64,000 bases of DNA, from positions 186,001-250,000 of the forward strand of contig QPGO01000054.1 of the NCBI GenBank assembly GCA_008632985.1. Direction: 5' to 3'. The position numbers and the translations under genes are program-made. Origin of the DNA: Psammoneis japonica (Eukaryota). Shown piece by piece: positions 25,513-39,008 of the stretch. Positions within the stretch are counted from its first letter, which is position 1, and every line of letters starts with the position of its first letter. A model generated the notes under the pieces. It saw only the letters and a program-made list of their open reading frames with translations, searched no databases and was not told the origin of the DNA.

Positions 25513-26174
25513 GTGACTACTACGTCAAATGCCCGACGTACTGAACGTCACATAAAACCACCACCCCACTTTAACTTCTCATCTTTTCACAAACTATGAC
25601 ATGCATTTCCACAAACTGCGAGTGCACGGCACAACGATCACCACTCACTTAAGCAGCGAATGTCATGAATCCACGACAAACACAATCAGAAACAAGGTTC
25701 CACCAACCATGGCACCACCCGATGGCGGGATTGTAGTAGAGGTGGCGCACCTCCACCCGCACACAAAATGTCCGAACACGCCTCACCAGTCGCACAATTT
25801 ATCAATGTCGAGAGCTCCAGTCTACAAGGGGAGGACAGCACCGAGACGTTAGAGTCGTGCAGACAGTGCCAACGTCATCGCAAGCATCTCCATCCGGGGC
25901 ACCTCCAGTGCAATCTGAATCAACTGTTGGACACTTCTGAATGATGCATTCTGTGTGCTGAAGAATGGACTTGGAAAGCCTTGAGCTTTCCATGGACCAG
26001 GAGTGACTGTGAATCTCCAGCTGATGACAATCTTTGGGAATGAGCAGCTGACGCCCGGGGGATGAACTCTTCCGCATTCGAACGGAGGACAAGCACCTCC
26101 AACCATGCAGTCCATGAACCAGGCCAGTTCATGGGCACACCCAGAGCAACACTTGGCTGTAACTTGGTTGCAGA

Positions 26175-26401
26175 NNNNNNNNNNNNNNNNNNNNNNNNNN
26201 NNNNNNNNNNNNNNNNNNNNNNNNNNNNNNNNNNNNNNNNNNNNNNNNNNNNNNNNNNNNNNNNNNNNNNNNNNNNNNNNNNNNNNNNNNNNNNNNNNNN
26301 NNNNNNNNNNNNNNNNNNNNNNNNNNNNNNNNNNNNNNNNNNNNNNNNNNNNNNNNNNNNNNNNNNNNNNNNNNNNNNNNNNNNNNNNNNNNNNNNNNNN
26401 N
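26175..26401. other. Assembly gap (N run)
   Basis: Run of N. Confidence 1.
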
Positions 26402-27439
26402 GGGGGGGGGCAGAACGGGTGGCAGGGTGGTGGGTGGTGCCGTGCATCCATCACACTCACATGAGCACCCCATCAAGCTTGTTTGCTCTTCCGTGCAATT
26501 CATGGCATTGACACAGTGTTCAATGCAGTTGTCACAACATCACAGGCTGCAGTGCCACTTTATGAGCTCTTTGCATGTGTTGCCATCTGCAGGGAGTTGG
26601 GGATTCTTGCATGCAATGCGGTTGCCTGCATTTTGCCAGCAATGCTGTGCAACATCTGCCAGGGCATCTTTGTTGTCTTCACAAATGAGCAAGGTGGACG
26701 TGAAAGGCACTGGGGTGGGAGAAGAAACATCCCTCCAATTCTTTGCATCACAGTCAGGGCATTGCCTTCCCAGGGAATCCCAAAAGACACATTTGACCCA
26801 ATCCTGATGGAGCAAAGGACAGGGTGATTTGAAGGAGGTTTGTCAGAAAAGTGCTTGCAAACATCAAGACAGTCATCACTTTGTGTGCAATGAGCCTTCC
26901 TCTGCTTGTTTTTGCCTGAGATTCTGATTGCTCACCTGAGCGTCATTTGCACAAAGGCTGAAACAATCTTCCCAACAGCACAACCAATTGGTCAGTCCCT
27001 GAGACAGAGCTCTCATCTACAACAGGGGCCACACAACCTCTGGACAGGCCCTCTAGAAAGTGCACTCAACCACATCAGCTTGATGATCATCACACTGTGT
27101 CTGGACACCAACAAGGGCAAAGACAAAGAGAACAAGAAAAGTGGCATCAAGAACTTCATGGTTCTTCAAAGAACTGTGTGAAAGATGTGCACACAGCAAG
27201 ACACAACAAGATGATTTGCTGCTGGTGTGGTGCACAGGCAGTGCCAAGTCCTTCCAAGGATTCCTCTCTACAATGGAGATTGTCTCCCCTCACTGGACAA
27301 CAAGATCCTTGTTGCCATTCAAAGCTCAACCTGGAAACTCCTTTGCCTCTCCCTGACTTGTTTTGTGAGCAGTTTCTTGAGACTCTGCTCTCTTGGGAAT
27401 CTACATTGTTCTCAGAAAAATTTTTGTGTGTTTCTGTTC

Positions 27440-27700
27440 ACAACCAGGTCAGCCACTTGGTTGCCAATCACACCACTTCCAGGAGCCATTTAGCTGGCCT
27501 GTGACAATTGCAGGGACTCCACTGGTTGATTGTGCAGGATCAGTCTTCGGTTGCTCTCCATCTTCTCATCAAGCTGAGGGCTGTGATGGCGTGCTGTCTC
27601 TGATGCAGTTTGCACCCCAACAATTGATGGAATTTTGTTGGATTGCAAGATGCGAAGGTGTGAACAACTGGTGTGACAACAAAGCACTGGTGAAGGTCCT
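27440..27700 (+). mobile_element. Degenerate non-LTR retrotransposon (LINE) RNase H fragment
   Basis: FSW..GTPLVDCAGSVFGCSPSSHQAEGCDGVLSLMQF..WCDNKALV back-converts to the RNase H pattern SYRAEGYGxLS..xCDNxALV of diatom LINEs. Confidence 0.6.
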
Positions 27701-28199
27701 TTTCACTGTTTCATCAGGGGCCCAAATCTGTGAATCCTCCTGTCAGCTGACAAGCACAAGACTGCAGTCTGGGAAAACATTTGTGAGGAATTCTACACAA
27801 ATTCATTCATGACAAGAAATCAGTCTGATTTGTTGTAAATGACACCCTTTTGTGACAAACTGGTGTGATTTGCAACACGCAAATGTCCCCTGCGGCCTTC
27901 CAAAAATGCCCCGACTTTGTCAATCAAGAAAAAAGTGCAGATTGGTGAGTTTGGTGTAATCCAGTGAGTTGATGCCAACAACCCACTTCATTTGATGTTT
28001 GGAATCACAACTCTGATGACTGAGAATTGACAGATTGACTTGCACTCTGATGACTGATTTGCACTGTTGTGCTGCAATTCTTTTTAAATCCATCATCTGC
28101 AATGCACAGTTGTTCTTCAATGTGTCAATGTCACACAATCTTTCTTTGAATGACGACACTGCCACCACCTGTTTTTTTTGTCCACCAAGCTGCCACCCA

Positions 28200-29200
28200 T
28201 CACCAAACCACCATCAACTCCAGTTCATGCACCTCAGCGCAGTCAACCACATGGTCCCCCTCATCATCTGGCATGCTGAGTTCTCCTTCTGCTTGTTTTT
28301 CTCTGTTTTTCAGAATCACCCTGCACAACTCCTCCCATTGTTTGAGTTGTTCATTCATCACCTCTTGTTTGATCTCCTTTGCCATGTCTTTGAAGAACTT
28401 GTTGGCCCTTGGTGACCACCCTTTTCTCTTCCTTGGTGTCTTGTGCCACTTTCTGCTGCCTGCACCTTCCTCTGTTGGTTTGGAGCATCCCACCATGAAG
28501 CAATTGAGCTGTCTCATGCACTGTGTTTTTTTTNNNNNNNNNNNNNNNNNNNNNNNNNNNNNNNNNNNNNNNNNNNNNNNNNNNNNNNNNNNNNNNNNNN
28601 NNNNNNNNNNNNNNNNNNNNNNNNNNNNNNNNNNNNNNNNNNNNCCCCCCCCCCCCCTCTTCTCCCATGAGTGGCCTCAAGAGGCAGTCACAGAACACAA
28701 TGTGCAACATCAGTTTTTCTCTCTCTGAGAGTCTCTCCAGTGATGGGAGCACACAATTGCCACACTGCTGTTGTGGTGTGTGCATGTCACTGTTTCAATG
28801 GATGTGGCAAATGGCACAATCAACAGATGCCAGTGTTGAACTTAGACAGATAAAAAGTGCTTTTGCCACTCACAGCAAAATCTGCTCTGCTGTGCCTGAC
28901 AAGCATTGGATCTCTTTGCTGTCAGCCACTCTTGGCACCACAACTTCTCTTGTTTGATTTTCATCCAAAGGAATTGCAGGGCCATGTCTTCTGCTGCACC
29001 TCTGTCAGCTCTGTCAGTGCGCCATCCATCAATGTTGGTCTGCACTTCTGGGCAAATTCTTGGTGCAGCAAGCCTGTTTCCTCCAGAATTGCCTTGCATC
29101 AAACACAAATGTGATGCTCCGGAACACTTTTTCTTTGATGTGATGTCTCACCTTGACAATGTCTCTGCCAACCTTTTTGTCACATGGGTCATCCACTTGC
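28200..29200 (-). pseudogene. Degenerate ORF of an uncharacterised repeat-associated family
   Basis: Protein-like remnants DIVKVRHHIKEKVFRSITF, QFLWMKI..EWLTAKRSN and RKGWSPRANKFFKDMAKEIKQ..WEELCR lie in order on one strand across a gap. Family not identified. Confidence 0.35.
28534..28643. other. Assembly gap (N run)
   Basis: Run of N. Confidence 1.
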
Positions 29201-30024
29201 TTGGATTCATCTGCCTCTGAACTGTCATTGCCATGGTGCCTGCTCCCCTGCCATTTGCCTGTGTTTCTTTGCCTCAATGCCCAGGCAAACACACGTGCAG
29301 ACAAATTGGCTGGTCAGCATTGAGGTCAATGAATGTCCAACATGGTGCAAGTCATTCATTCTCTTTGCTGTCAAGCACATCTCACTTCATTCTTGTGGAT
29401 GAAACAGCAATGGCTGCATTGAAAACTGCAGCCCATTGTGCAGTGACATTCCTCACTCTGATGGAACATGATGAGACAGTTGCAGATGTGTTTGCTTGGT
29501 GAAAAGTGAGCTCCTCCCTCATCTGACATTTCTGCAAGAAGAAGCACATCTCTGTGGTTGAGCCAAATTGTGAACTCCTCCCTGTGAACAAGATTGTAAA
29601 CCACCAGTGCACTCTGGTGCATCCATGCCACTGTTTAGCCTGCAAACATCCAACCAGGATCATGTCCTCAAATGTCATGACAATGAACCCTGGCATTGCA
29701 AATTTCTGCAGGGTTTTCATTGGCATTGTGACAAGATGGGCACTGTGTGTCCTTTGCAAGAATTTCTTTGTTTTCTTCTTTTGAGGCATGGTTTTGGGAT
29801 CTCATGGTGTGTGAGTCACAAGCTCCTCCCATGCATGCTGCACTCATTGTGGAGAGCCCAGAGTCTGAAACAGGCTGGAACCAATTGCTCAATTGTCCAT
29901 GCTCTGCTCTTTGAAACACCTTTCAAGATCATCACCTGCAACAATCTGGTCTTCTGGAATGGCACCACAAGGAAAACAGACCTCCCCAACATTGTGCAGT
30001 GCAGATGCAATCATGCATTTAGAC

Positions 30025-30400
30025 ATCATGGTGGGAACTCTGGGAAGCACACAGCAAGGCAATGCACATGAGGATGATGCAAATTCCTGAAAATCATTGC
30101 AACAATGCCAATCTGAAGCTGAGCATGCAACTGTCTGCTGCAACAAATGTCAAGAACACCTGGCAAAGGACAGAGAGGTCTTGATGGGTTCTAGAGAAGA
30201 TTGCACATCTCACTCTGCTTCCAAGATTCAAAGCTTGGCTGCCCCAATCAAGCTGCATCTAAAAGAGAGCACAACAAAAGCAAAGCACTCTGTGCTCCTT
30301 TTGTGGCACTCCTTGGGTGCACCATTGCCAGTTGCTTTGACGGGGCATCACCAGAAGGTGACGCCCATCCTGGCCAGCAACCATTGTCCTTTTTTTCTGC
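30025..30400 (+). mobile_element. Degenerate LINE ORF2 3' end
   Basis: WWELWEAHSKAMH..SLQQCQSEAE resembles the WxxRNxxxHG C-terminal motif of LINE ORF2. Homologous to 49285-49560 on the opposite strand. Confidence 0.5.
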
Positions 30401-33400
30401 TGCACTGACCAGCATCATGCTGGAAGTGTGGGTCAGCCAGCACCAGCAATGTGCACGTGTGTGCAAGTGGCGGCAATGTCCTGTGCTGCACAGGCAGCAG
30501 CTGTGCAGAGGTCTTCCAGCAGCATGGTTCAACTGGGGGCATCCACACTCCTGCAGCCCCATTTTGACATCATGTGTCATGTTTCATGGTGGGCTCATGC
30601 AATGACACAACCCATCAGAATTTCAACAGCAACTGCGCCATGCCAAAGTGCCACAAAAACCAACTGCAAACCATCTTTGATGGTGCTCATGTCATTTGTT
30701 GATGGCATGAGATGACAATCTGAAGGCACTTGAAACACACCTGATCCTGCCATGGATGCAGGGTTGGCCTCAGCTTGATCAAGCTTCTTGTTGCTGCAGT
30801 GCTCTGGAAGAATGCCACATTGCACTGCACACCAAATAAGTTGATGGTTTGGAGTGTTGAAACCAACCAAGGGAGACTGCAAGATCTGAGGAGAAGAACA
30901 ACACAACTGGAAAGGCAGAGACAGGCTGAGGTGAGGAGTGTGGGGGGGCATTGTCAAGGAGATGGAGGGGATTGTTGAGCTCAAATGAACATTTCAGCAA
31001 GAAATGAGACAAACTCAATGCTGCAAAAGTGTCTCAGATGCCAAGCCTCTTCAACTTCCAAGTTCTTGTGACAAGCCAACATGACAATTGCACCCAGGTC
31101 CTGATTGAAGACTTTGCTGCCCATCCTGACACTGACTTTTCTCTGAGCGCAAAGCCAAGTTGTTGGGCAAAAAATTGCCATGAAGAACAAGATGCTCCAA
31201 CCAGATGTGCTTTGTGTGTTGCTGTTTGGCTTTGCTGAAGTGTTTGAGGCCAACCTTGTGTCTGCAGCTTTCCACAAACTTTTCCAATGGCAGCAGACTG
31301 CAAATTGCCAAACACCAACAACCAACATAAAATCCTGCACATCAACAGCAATTGAGGCACCAGCACATTCAGCAACTCGTCCAATGGCCCCTGAAGTGTC
31401 ACGCTGACAACAACTTGCAAACCCTCATTGACAATGGGCAAAGATTTGACTGAAGCCATGAGGAGGAGGGAGCAACAACACAAAGGAGCAGTGCACAAGA
31501 TGCCAAAAAAGTTCAAAGTGCAAGGGAGAGCACTTTAGTCTGTCAAGAATGAACAGAAATTGCAGCACAAGAGGTGCCAAGAGATGAATTTTTACATTGG
31601 AAAACTTGTGGAAAAGGCACCTTTTTTGTCCATTCTTTTGGCATTTTTCTGCCGCTCTTTTCACAGGTGAGCTTGCCAGAGAAATTGCAATGTGTGCTGG
31701 GTTGTGTCAGAGGGAAACATTTGTGGCATGATGTGGGCTTTAATGCAGAAATCACACTGGAGTCACTTCAAGACCACTGTGTGTCGGCATCATCACACCA
31801 ATTGTGCTTTTGCACAAGTTGCCTGGAGACTGGACACCACATTGGGTGGTGGTGGAAAGGGAGATCACTTTCATGTTTTAGACCAATGTTGCCAACCTTG
31901 CAACCCCTTCCTTTCACCTTTTTTGAGACCCTCTTTCTGCTTCTTTGCCTTCTCCCACCTCTCTTTGTTCTGGGAGATCACCAACCCGGCCCCACCATGA
32001 TCCTTGCTCAAGGGAGGGCTGGAAAGGGCACTGTGAAAGCCAGTCAGAGCTCAGCATTTGGGATTTCCACTCAAAGAGGGGGCCCTTGAAATTCAAGGAC
32101 TTTCTGATTCACCAATTGACACCATTTTTCAGGGGAATCTGGGTGCAGTCACTTGGGGAAAAGAAGGTTGAGACAAAAACTCTCAAAAAAGCAAACACAA
32201 GAGTCAGGAACAACGCAGAGACCAACAATCATTTTCTTTTCAGGCCCACAGAAAAACACAGCAACTCTCTTACAAAAACAACCCACAAGAAAGAAAAGCA
32301 CAACTGCTGCTGGTGCTTCATGACAGACATTTCAGAAGAATCTGCTCCACCAAAAAGTGGCTGCACACAGTGGCAGCTGCGTTCCTTTCTTGGCAACATG
32401 GGCACTCAATCCCTAAAACGCAAAGGCTCTGTCAAACAGAGCAAACACCAAGTGAGTTTTGTGCAAGAGGTGGGTGCATCAGAGCAACTTGAGTGGGCAA
32501 AAGGTGTGCCAAGAGCAAACAGTGAAAAAAAAATGCACAAGAGGAGAGGTGAGAGAGGGCCTTCATGTCATCATGGTCATGACCCCACAACAAAAAAGGA
32601 AACAGGTGCTTGCAAGTGATCGATCATCACCAAGGCCACCAGGATCACAGAGCAACATGCAACACAGAGCTTCACAAAATGAGCAACACAAGTTGAACTC
32701 CAGCCATCCCAGAAAAGGGAAAATCAACCATGCAAGAGCACTTTGGAACAATGACGTCAATGGCTCTAGCTGCATTGCCTCTTCCAGGTGACTCCCAATT
32801 TTTGCAGGCACAAGCACATCTGGGAGCATCCCGCTCAACAGGCACAAGAAGCAACCCAAATCTTTTTGATGCTGCTGTGCAAGGAACACAGAGAGCCAGC
32901 GGACACACCAAAGCAGCACAAGATTTGTGATTGAGCAAAAAGCACAAGAGCACAGAAGAGAAAAGACCAAATGCCCTGCAGTTGTGAGTGCTCTTGCGAG
33001 CCTCACTCTGGAGGACTCTGTGAAGCCTCAACTCAGTCAAGGTGGTGCAACAAACACCCCATGACTTGAGAAAAGGACACACAATGGCTCCAGGAGACAC
33101 CGGAGACAAAAGACAGCATGTTCCCTCCAGGTCATTTGCAGTCTCTCCAAGGATTGCTGCACTTTGCCACCCGGCCAACTGCTGCTGTTGTCATTGGCTG
33201 TAAGGTGCAAAATTTTTGTCTCTGGTGTGGTGCTGGGAGCAGAATTTTCCAAACATCTTCCTTCAGCACATTGTTGGAAAGAAGTGTGGCAAGAAGATGG
33301 CACACAATTGTGCAGACATCACCAGGTGGGGTAGAACAACACCAATTTTTTGTGTCAGCAGCAAGACCCTCCCTCTGAAAGGTGTTGCACACAGATTCTG

Positions 33401-34084
33401 TGCTGCTGGCGGGCCACACAAATGCATCATGAAGGAGGGAGTTGCCAAAACCAAGGAAATCTTGCTGGAGCTCCACAAGGTTGCACTCACAGTTGTGCTG
33501 CTTTTCCTCCTCTGGGTGCAGTCAGTTCATGGCAGGCAGAAGCAGGTTGTGTCATGTCAAATGTTGGTCAACCATTTTTCCCCAACTCACCTCAAGACTG
33601 TGCCTGCTCAGGGGAGCACACATTTGGGCACACTTCTGGACAAAGCAGTGAACCCATCTTGCTCAGGGTTCATGCTGTTGCAGACAATGCAAGGAAAGAG
33701 AACTCCATGTTTGCACCCTCAGACCTTGGGTCATTCCCAGCTTCTTTTTAAAGCTGCCTGCCAATGTGGCAAAGAATGGCCAAACTCCACATTTCCTTTG
33801 TGAGTGGCCCAGGAGTGAGAAATTTCTTGAGTTGCAGTCTCTGCCTCAGTCAGGAGTTTTTTTTTCCAAGGGCAAATCTCAGCATCACTGTGCTGGCTGC
33901 ACATGATGTTCTTTCTGTCTCATCATGATCCTCATGGCAAACAAGCTGGCAAGACTGCCATCACCAGATTTCTTGCGCAGGCAGAATTTGCCATTCTGAG
34001 ATGTGGCAATGCTGCCCCCCCTGCTCCAGAGCACTTGGTGGAAAAAAGAGTCAAGCAGTCAAGCACAGCTGGCTGCCAACAATG

Positions 34085-37000
34085 CTGCAGAGTCATGACA
34101 GCATCTTCACAACAGAGAATCAAACAAAATGACAGCAGTTGCTGTCAGAAAAAGATTGCCAGCTGAAGTGTGGCACTTCTCACACCATGACACACAACAA
34201 CCAACACACAATCAGGTCCTCCAGAGCACAGAGAGGCCACTGGTGCCTCCTCAAGTCTCTCTCACTGTCTGTGCTAGAGATGCTTTTGCAAGGCTTTTGC
34301 TGAGGAGCTCATTTGTGCTCACTTTTTTTTTCTCCACAAGTTTCTGTTTTTTCAGATTCTCTCAAAGGTGAAAAGGGTTGGAGGCACAAAACACACATGG
34401 CTTTTTGCGCTGTCAGCACAGCCCCACTTCCCTGACACTTCTTGGCACAGAGCCAACCACAGGTGGTCCAAATGAGTGCATGTGTCCTGAGTGCTTGGAG
34501 CAAGCCATGGGAAGAGCACTGCCTGTCAAGTCATTGATGCTGTTCCATGACCCAAGAATCTGCAAAATCATGGCAAGAACATGCAAAGTGGTGGAGTTGA
34601 TGGTTGTTTGCAAAAGGAAACAGGAACACTTGGCATGCAACAGGCCTTGTTTTTGCAATGTCTTGGACAAACAAATCACACACTTGATGTTTGCTCCTAG
34701 AATGCTAAATTGGCTGACTGTGATCATGAATCATGACTCCTGCCATTTTAAGTCCAGCATTGAAAAGGTGCTGTGAAGGATTTTTGTTTGTGGAACTGTG
34801 GGACAGGCAGAGACCATTGAAAGTGGTGCTGGGACAGGCTCCAAACTGCACTCATTTTTTCCACTCCATTTGGTGCACTGAAAGTGCGAGTCAGCCTGTT
34901 GCTGCATTTGTTGCTGGACAGAGGTGCAAAGGCATCTTAAAATGATTGACCCCCCCCCCCCCCAACCTCTCTTGCTGCCTGGAAAGCAAAGTGCCACACA
35001 TCATTTTGAAGCACACGAAACTGCACATGCATTTTTGTTGCACAATGTCAGCTCCAAACACTGCTGTGCAGGCTTTGCCTCTTCCCCCCCTTCAAAGTCT
35101 GAAAAATCCATGACTTCTCACAACAAGAAGGCCAGTGCCAAACCACCCACAATGTGCAGCTGGCCATTGGCTGGCCACACAGTCTGGTGTGCCTTGCACA
35201 CCACCTGACATGGCCTTGTCCAAATTGGAAAGCAGAGGCCAGCAAGTCTGTGTGACAGCTTGAAAAGCCATGGTTGCACATGTGGTTGCTCAACTCCACA
35301 CACCTCCTGTTCAAGAACAAGTGTTCAGGAGAGAACAGTGGGGTGCAACACACAGTGCACACACCAGTGCCCAGCAGAGGCAACTCAAGCATCTGTGTTT
35401 GTGCCCCTGGCATCACTCACTTGGACAGCACACACCAGAAAAAGGCATTCATGGAAAGGCCACCCAAATTTGTGCCCTGTCAAGGCCCTCACACATTGAG
35501 TTGAGCACCTGCACTTCTCCTGTGCTCCACCTGACATGATGCCATTGAGTGCGCACTTTCAGCAAAACTCCTGGTGACTCCCCTCCCCTCCTGCCCATGT
35601 CACCAGCATGCTGTGCAATGCAATTCTCACCCCAGAACCTGCCAACCTGGTTTTTGCCACACAGGACACTGCTGCCTGGTGCCTTTGGGCTGCCAGTCCA
35701 ACGGCATTGCTGTGCACCTGTGTTGATGCTGATCAGACTCAGCTCTTGGGGTTGGTGCATGATGGCACTCTGACAAAATGCTGCTCCACCTGCACTTGCA
35801 AAGGGAGGACCCATCATGGGCAATTTCACTCATGACATGCTTGCAGGTGGTGACTTCATCCTTCATCCCAATGATGAAGTCCCAGCGAATCCCCAAGATG
35901 CCTGATTGTCCCCACAATCCACCAGCCTCTTCCCAACCTGCTCTCTCATGCCCTCTGTGAGTGCTGCTGTGCTGTGGGTGGTGCTGGATGGCCCTGCCAC
36001 TCCAGCTTGTGCTTTGGGAATGAGTCTTTTCTGCATCTGTCAGCAAAGCCAGTCCAGCCCATTGCTGGAATTTTGAGATGCAGGAGAAGGAACAAGAAAG
36101 GTGATGGCAGCCACCCACCTCATGGAATTTGACAGTCATTCAAAAAAACCTGCCCCTTGGTGGTCATGATTTCCACCACCAATGACAAACAGTTTGAGCT
36201 CATTTGCAAGAGCACAAGAGCAACAGGTGCTGCTCTGGCTTCATTGCTCTCATTTCCTTGAAAGAGCAACCAAGAGCAACAGCCGCAGTGGACAGTTTTA
36301 ACACTCCCAACTCTCTCCCCCCCCTTTGGCTCACCTCTCTCCTGCCCTCCTCTGGCCGTGCCACCTCAGCTTGGGTTTTGGGAATGAGGCTTTTCTCCAT
36401 CTGCTGGCAAAGCAATCCCAGTCCATTGCCAGAATTTCTGGTGTCTCTGGTGCAAACAGAGAGATGCAGGAGAAGGAAAGAGACGGGCTGTGGCAGCCAC
36501 ACCAAAGCACAAGAAGATGAGAACAAACCCCATGACACAGACTGACAGATGGTCAGACGTTGTTGTTTTATTTTATTTTTGCAGTGCTGCAGTTCGATTT
36601 TGTTTTCTCCCTCCAACATCCGACCTCGTTTTTAAGGTTTGGGCCTTGTGCCGGTGCAGTGCAGTGCTGCAGTTTCAGTTGATGCAGAGTCATGACAACA
36701 TCTTTGTGATGGAGAAAGAAACAAAATAAGAACTGCTGCCAGAAAAAAGATTGCCAGCTGAAGTGCAGCATTTCTCACACCATGTCAACCAACACAAAAA
36801 TGAGGTTGTCCAGTGCACAGAGGCTGATGCTGGCCACGCCCCCTCAAGTCTGTCTTGCCATCTGCATCAGACATTCTTGCAAGGCTTGAGGAAATGCACC
36901 ATGTTCCCACTGCAAGATTTTCTAGTCTCTGGGGACAAACAGCATGTTTGCTGAGGAGCTCATTTGCACTCACAGCTTCTCTCCAAAAAAGTCCCTGAAA

Positions 37001-37345
37001 GATGGTGGTGTGGATTTTCTCGAGCCAACACATGTGGGTTGGAGGCACACCACCACATCATGACACCACCTTCAACAGGCATTTTTCCATGCAGTTGCAA
37101 CAACTGGGACTTTGGTGTCAACACAGTTCCACAACACTTCTTGGCACACAGCCAAGCACCAGGTGATCCAAATGTGCGCGTGTGTCCTGAGTGCTTGTTG
37201 AAGCAAGCCATGGGAAGAGCTCCTCCAAGCAAGTCATGGACGCTGTTCCATGACCTGAGAATCTGCAAAATGGAAAGAACAGGCAACATGTGGCGGATTT
37301 GATGGTTGTTTGCAAAATGAGACAGGAGAACACTTGGCAAGCAAG
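34085..37345 (+). repeat. Dispersed direct repeat pair, about 34085-34645 and about 36683-37345
   Basis: Shared segments such as GCAGAGTCATGACA..AAAGATTGCCAGCTGAAGTG and TGTGTCCTGAGTGCTTG..GCAAGCCATGGGAAGAGC..GCTGTTCCATGACC. Coordinates span both copies. Confidence 0.85.
35400..35880 (+). mobile_element. Degenerate tyrosine recombinase of a DIRS/Ngaro-type retrotransposon
   Basis: Reads GHPNLCPVKALT-VEHL, then QDTAAWCLWAASPTALLCTCVDADQTQLLG..SDKMLLHLHLQ..PIMGNF..MLAGG. This back-converts to the YR tail SARSLRAxGAxALLxxxVDxDxIxLLGRWxSDxMLRYLH. Confidence 0.72.
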
Positions 37346-37643
37346 GGGCTCATGATGGCATCATTGTTCCGTTGGTCGTCAGTCCGCTCCCTGCGCACTC
37401 TGCTGTCAAGGGATAAGCCCTTGCGCGCTGTCGTCTTTTTTTTTTTTTTTTTTCGATTTTCGTTTTCTCCCTCCGACCTCTTTTCTTGCAGTTGTATCTA
37501 TTCACCACTCTCCGACCCACAATTGTCAACACCTTTCTTTTCAACTTCGACAACATGTTTTGTGCAGCATGACAACACAAGCATCTGAAGCAAGCACCTC
37601 TGAGCAGTGAACAACAGGGTAACGAACGAACAACCTCATCAGC

Positions 37644-38558
37644 ATGAGACCGACGACTACTTTTGTGTTTGTAATTGTTGCAGCAGTTGTCCTTAACTCG
37701 TCGCTTTTAGACAGACTGTTTACTAAAGGTTTCTCAGTTCCGCCAGTCCCAGGTGCGACGATTCTCGTCACAGGAACGTCCTCGGGACTAGGGAATCACC
37801 TCGCTCGATACCTGGCGCAAGAAGGCTTTGTGGTGTTTGCAACGGTTCGACGCAAGAGTGATTCAGAGACGTGGGAGTCCTATTCCAATCAAGTCACGAC
37901 GACTGGCAATGTTGTACCAATAATTATGGACGTTGCGTCCGACAAGAGTGTAATGGATGCTCGCGTCGCCATTGAAGATTATCTAAAAAGCAATCCAAAG
38001 CTAACCTTTGTGGGAGTCGTCAACAATGCAGGAATTCATGTCATTGGCAGCCTTCGAGAACTGGAAGTAGATGATTACCAGCGGAACTTTGACGCGAACG
38101 TTTTTGGAGTCGTTCGAGTAACCAAGACGTTCCTCCCGTTGCTTTCAGATGGCGGTCGAATTGTCAATATTGGAAGTTTGACCGGCAGACTCACGAACAA
38201 GGGCGGTGTTCCCTACAGTGCCACAAAGCATGCACTGGAGGCCATGAGCGATTCATGGAGAATGGAGCTCGCTCCCGACGGCATTTCAGTTTCGCACCTT
38301 CAACCTGGATTTCTGCAATCCAAGATTTGTACAAATCCTGAGTATTGCGACGATCCAGCCGGACTAAATGCCTTTGTCAGTGCGGTCCATCATGCTCTGA
38401 CTTCTGCCTATCCAAGAACAAGATATGCAGTTGGATGGGTGAGGTTCTTTCCGTGCTGGATGGCAATCGCCACTACACCACTTTTACCTGACCGCATCCA
38501 TGATGCAGTTATTGCCTTCTTGAATTGGTATACGGGCGGATTGAAATATTCCATGTAA
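37644..38558 (+). CDS. Short-chain dehydrogenase/reductase (retinol/17-beta-HSD-like)
   Basis: N-terminal hydrophobic anchor, ILVTGTSSGLG, NNAG, and the YSATK catalytic motif. Confidence 0.93.
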   Translation: MRPTTTFVFVIVAAVVLNSSLLDRLFTKGFSVPPVPGATILVTGTSSGLGNHLARYLAQEGFVVFATVRRKSDSETWESYSNQVTTTGNVVPIIMDVASDKSVMDARVAIEDYLKSNPKLTFVGVVNNAGIHVIGSLRELEVDDYQRNFDANVFGVVRVTKTFLPLLSDGGRIVNIGSLTGRLTNKGGVPYSATKHALEAMSDSWRMELAPDGISVSHLQPGFLQSKICTNPEYCDDPAGLNAFVSAVHHALTSAYPRTRYAVGWVRFFPCWMAIATTPLLPDRIHDAVIAFLNWYTGGLKYSM

Positions 38559-39008
38559 TCGTAGTTTCCATATTGTTGATACGTTGAGTTTTACAAAGCG
38601 TAGTCTTGGAGAGCTCCAAAAGCAGGGCTAGACCTCTGTTTCAGTGAAGATGGTATTACCTGCTTCAGTCTATTGGTCTCTCTACTAGAGTTGCTACTAT
38701 TATACTCTACTACCAGTAGCTCTACCGGTACAATAGAGGTGATGAATTGACAGCTACCGGTAGCTGTGGATGGGCGGAAAAAAGAACGTCATGTTTTGTC
38801 AAAATTTGAAGCAATTGTTGTCAATTCATATAAAAATTTATGCACGTTTTTTTGGTCAGAAATTTTGGTCAAAATACAGTAACACTACCGTAGTATCAAG
38901 TAGCTTGGATAGAGGAATCTGGAATCTCATTCTCGCAGAGCTGTGGACGGCCGACGACAACAAAACGAAAAACGAGGAAAAAACACACAAAAAGAACGGG
39001 AAGCAACC

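Larger units (their letters stand above)
25900..37360. other. CpG- and TpA-depleted hypermutated repeat block 2
   Basis: Same dinucleotide signature as block 1. Graded edges at about 25560-25950 and 37340-37620. Contains two assembly gaps. Confidence 0.95.
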
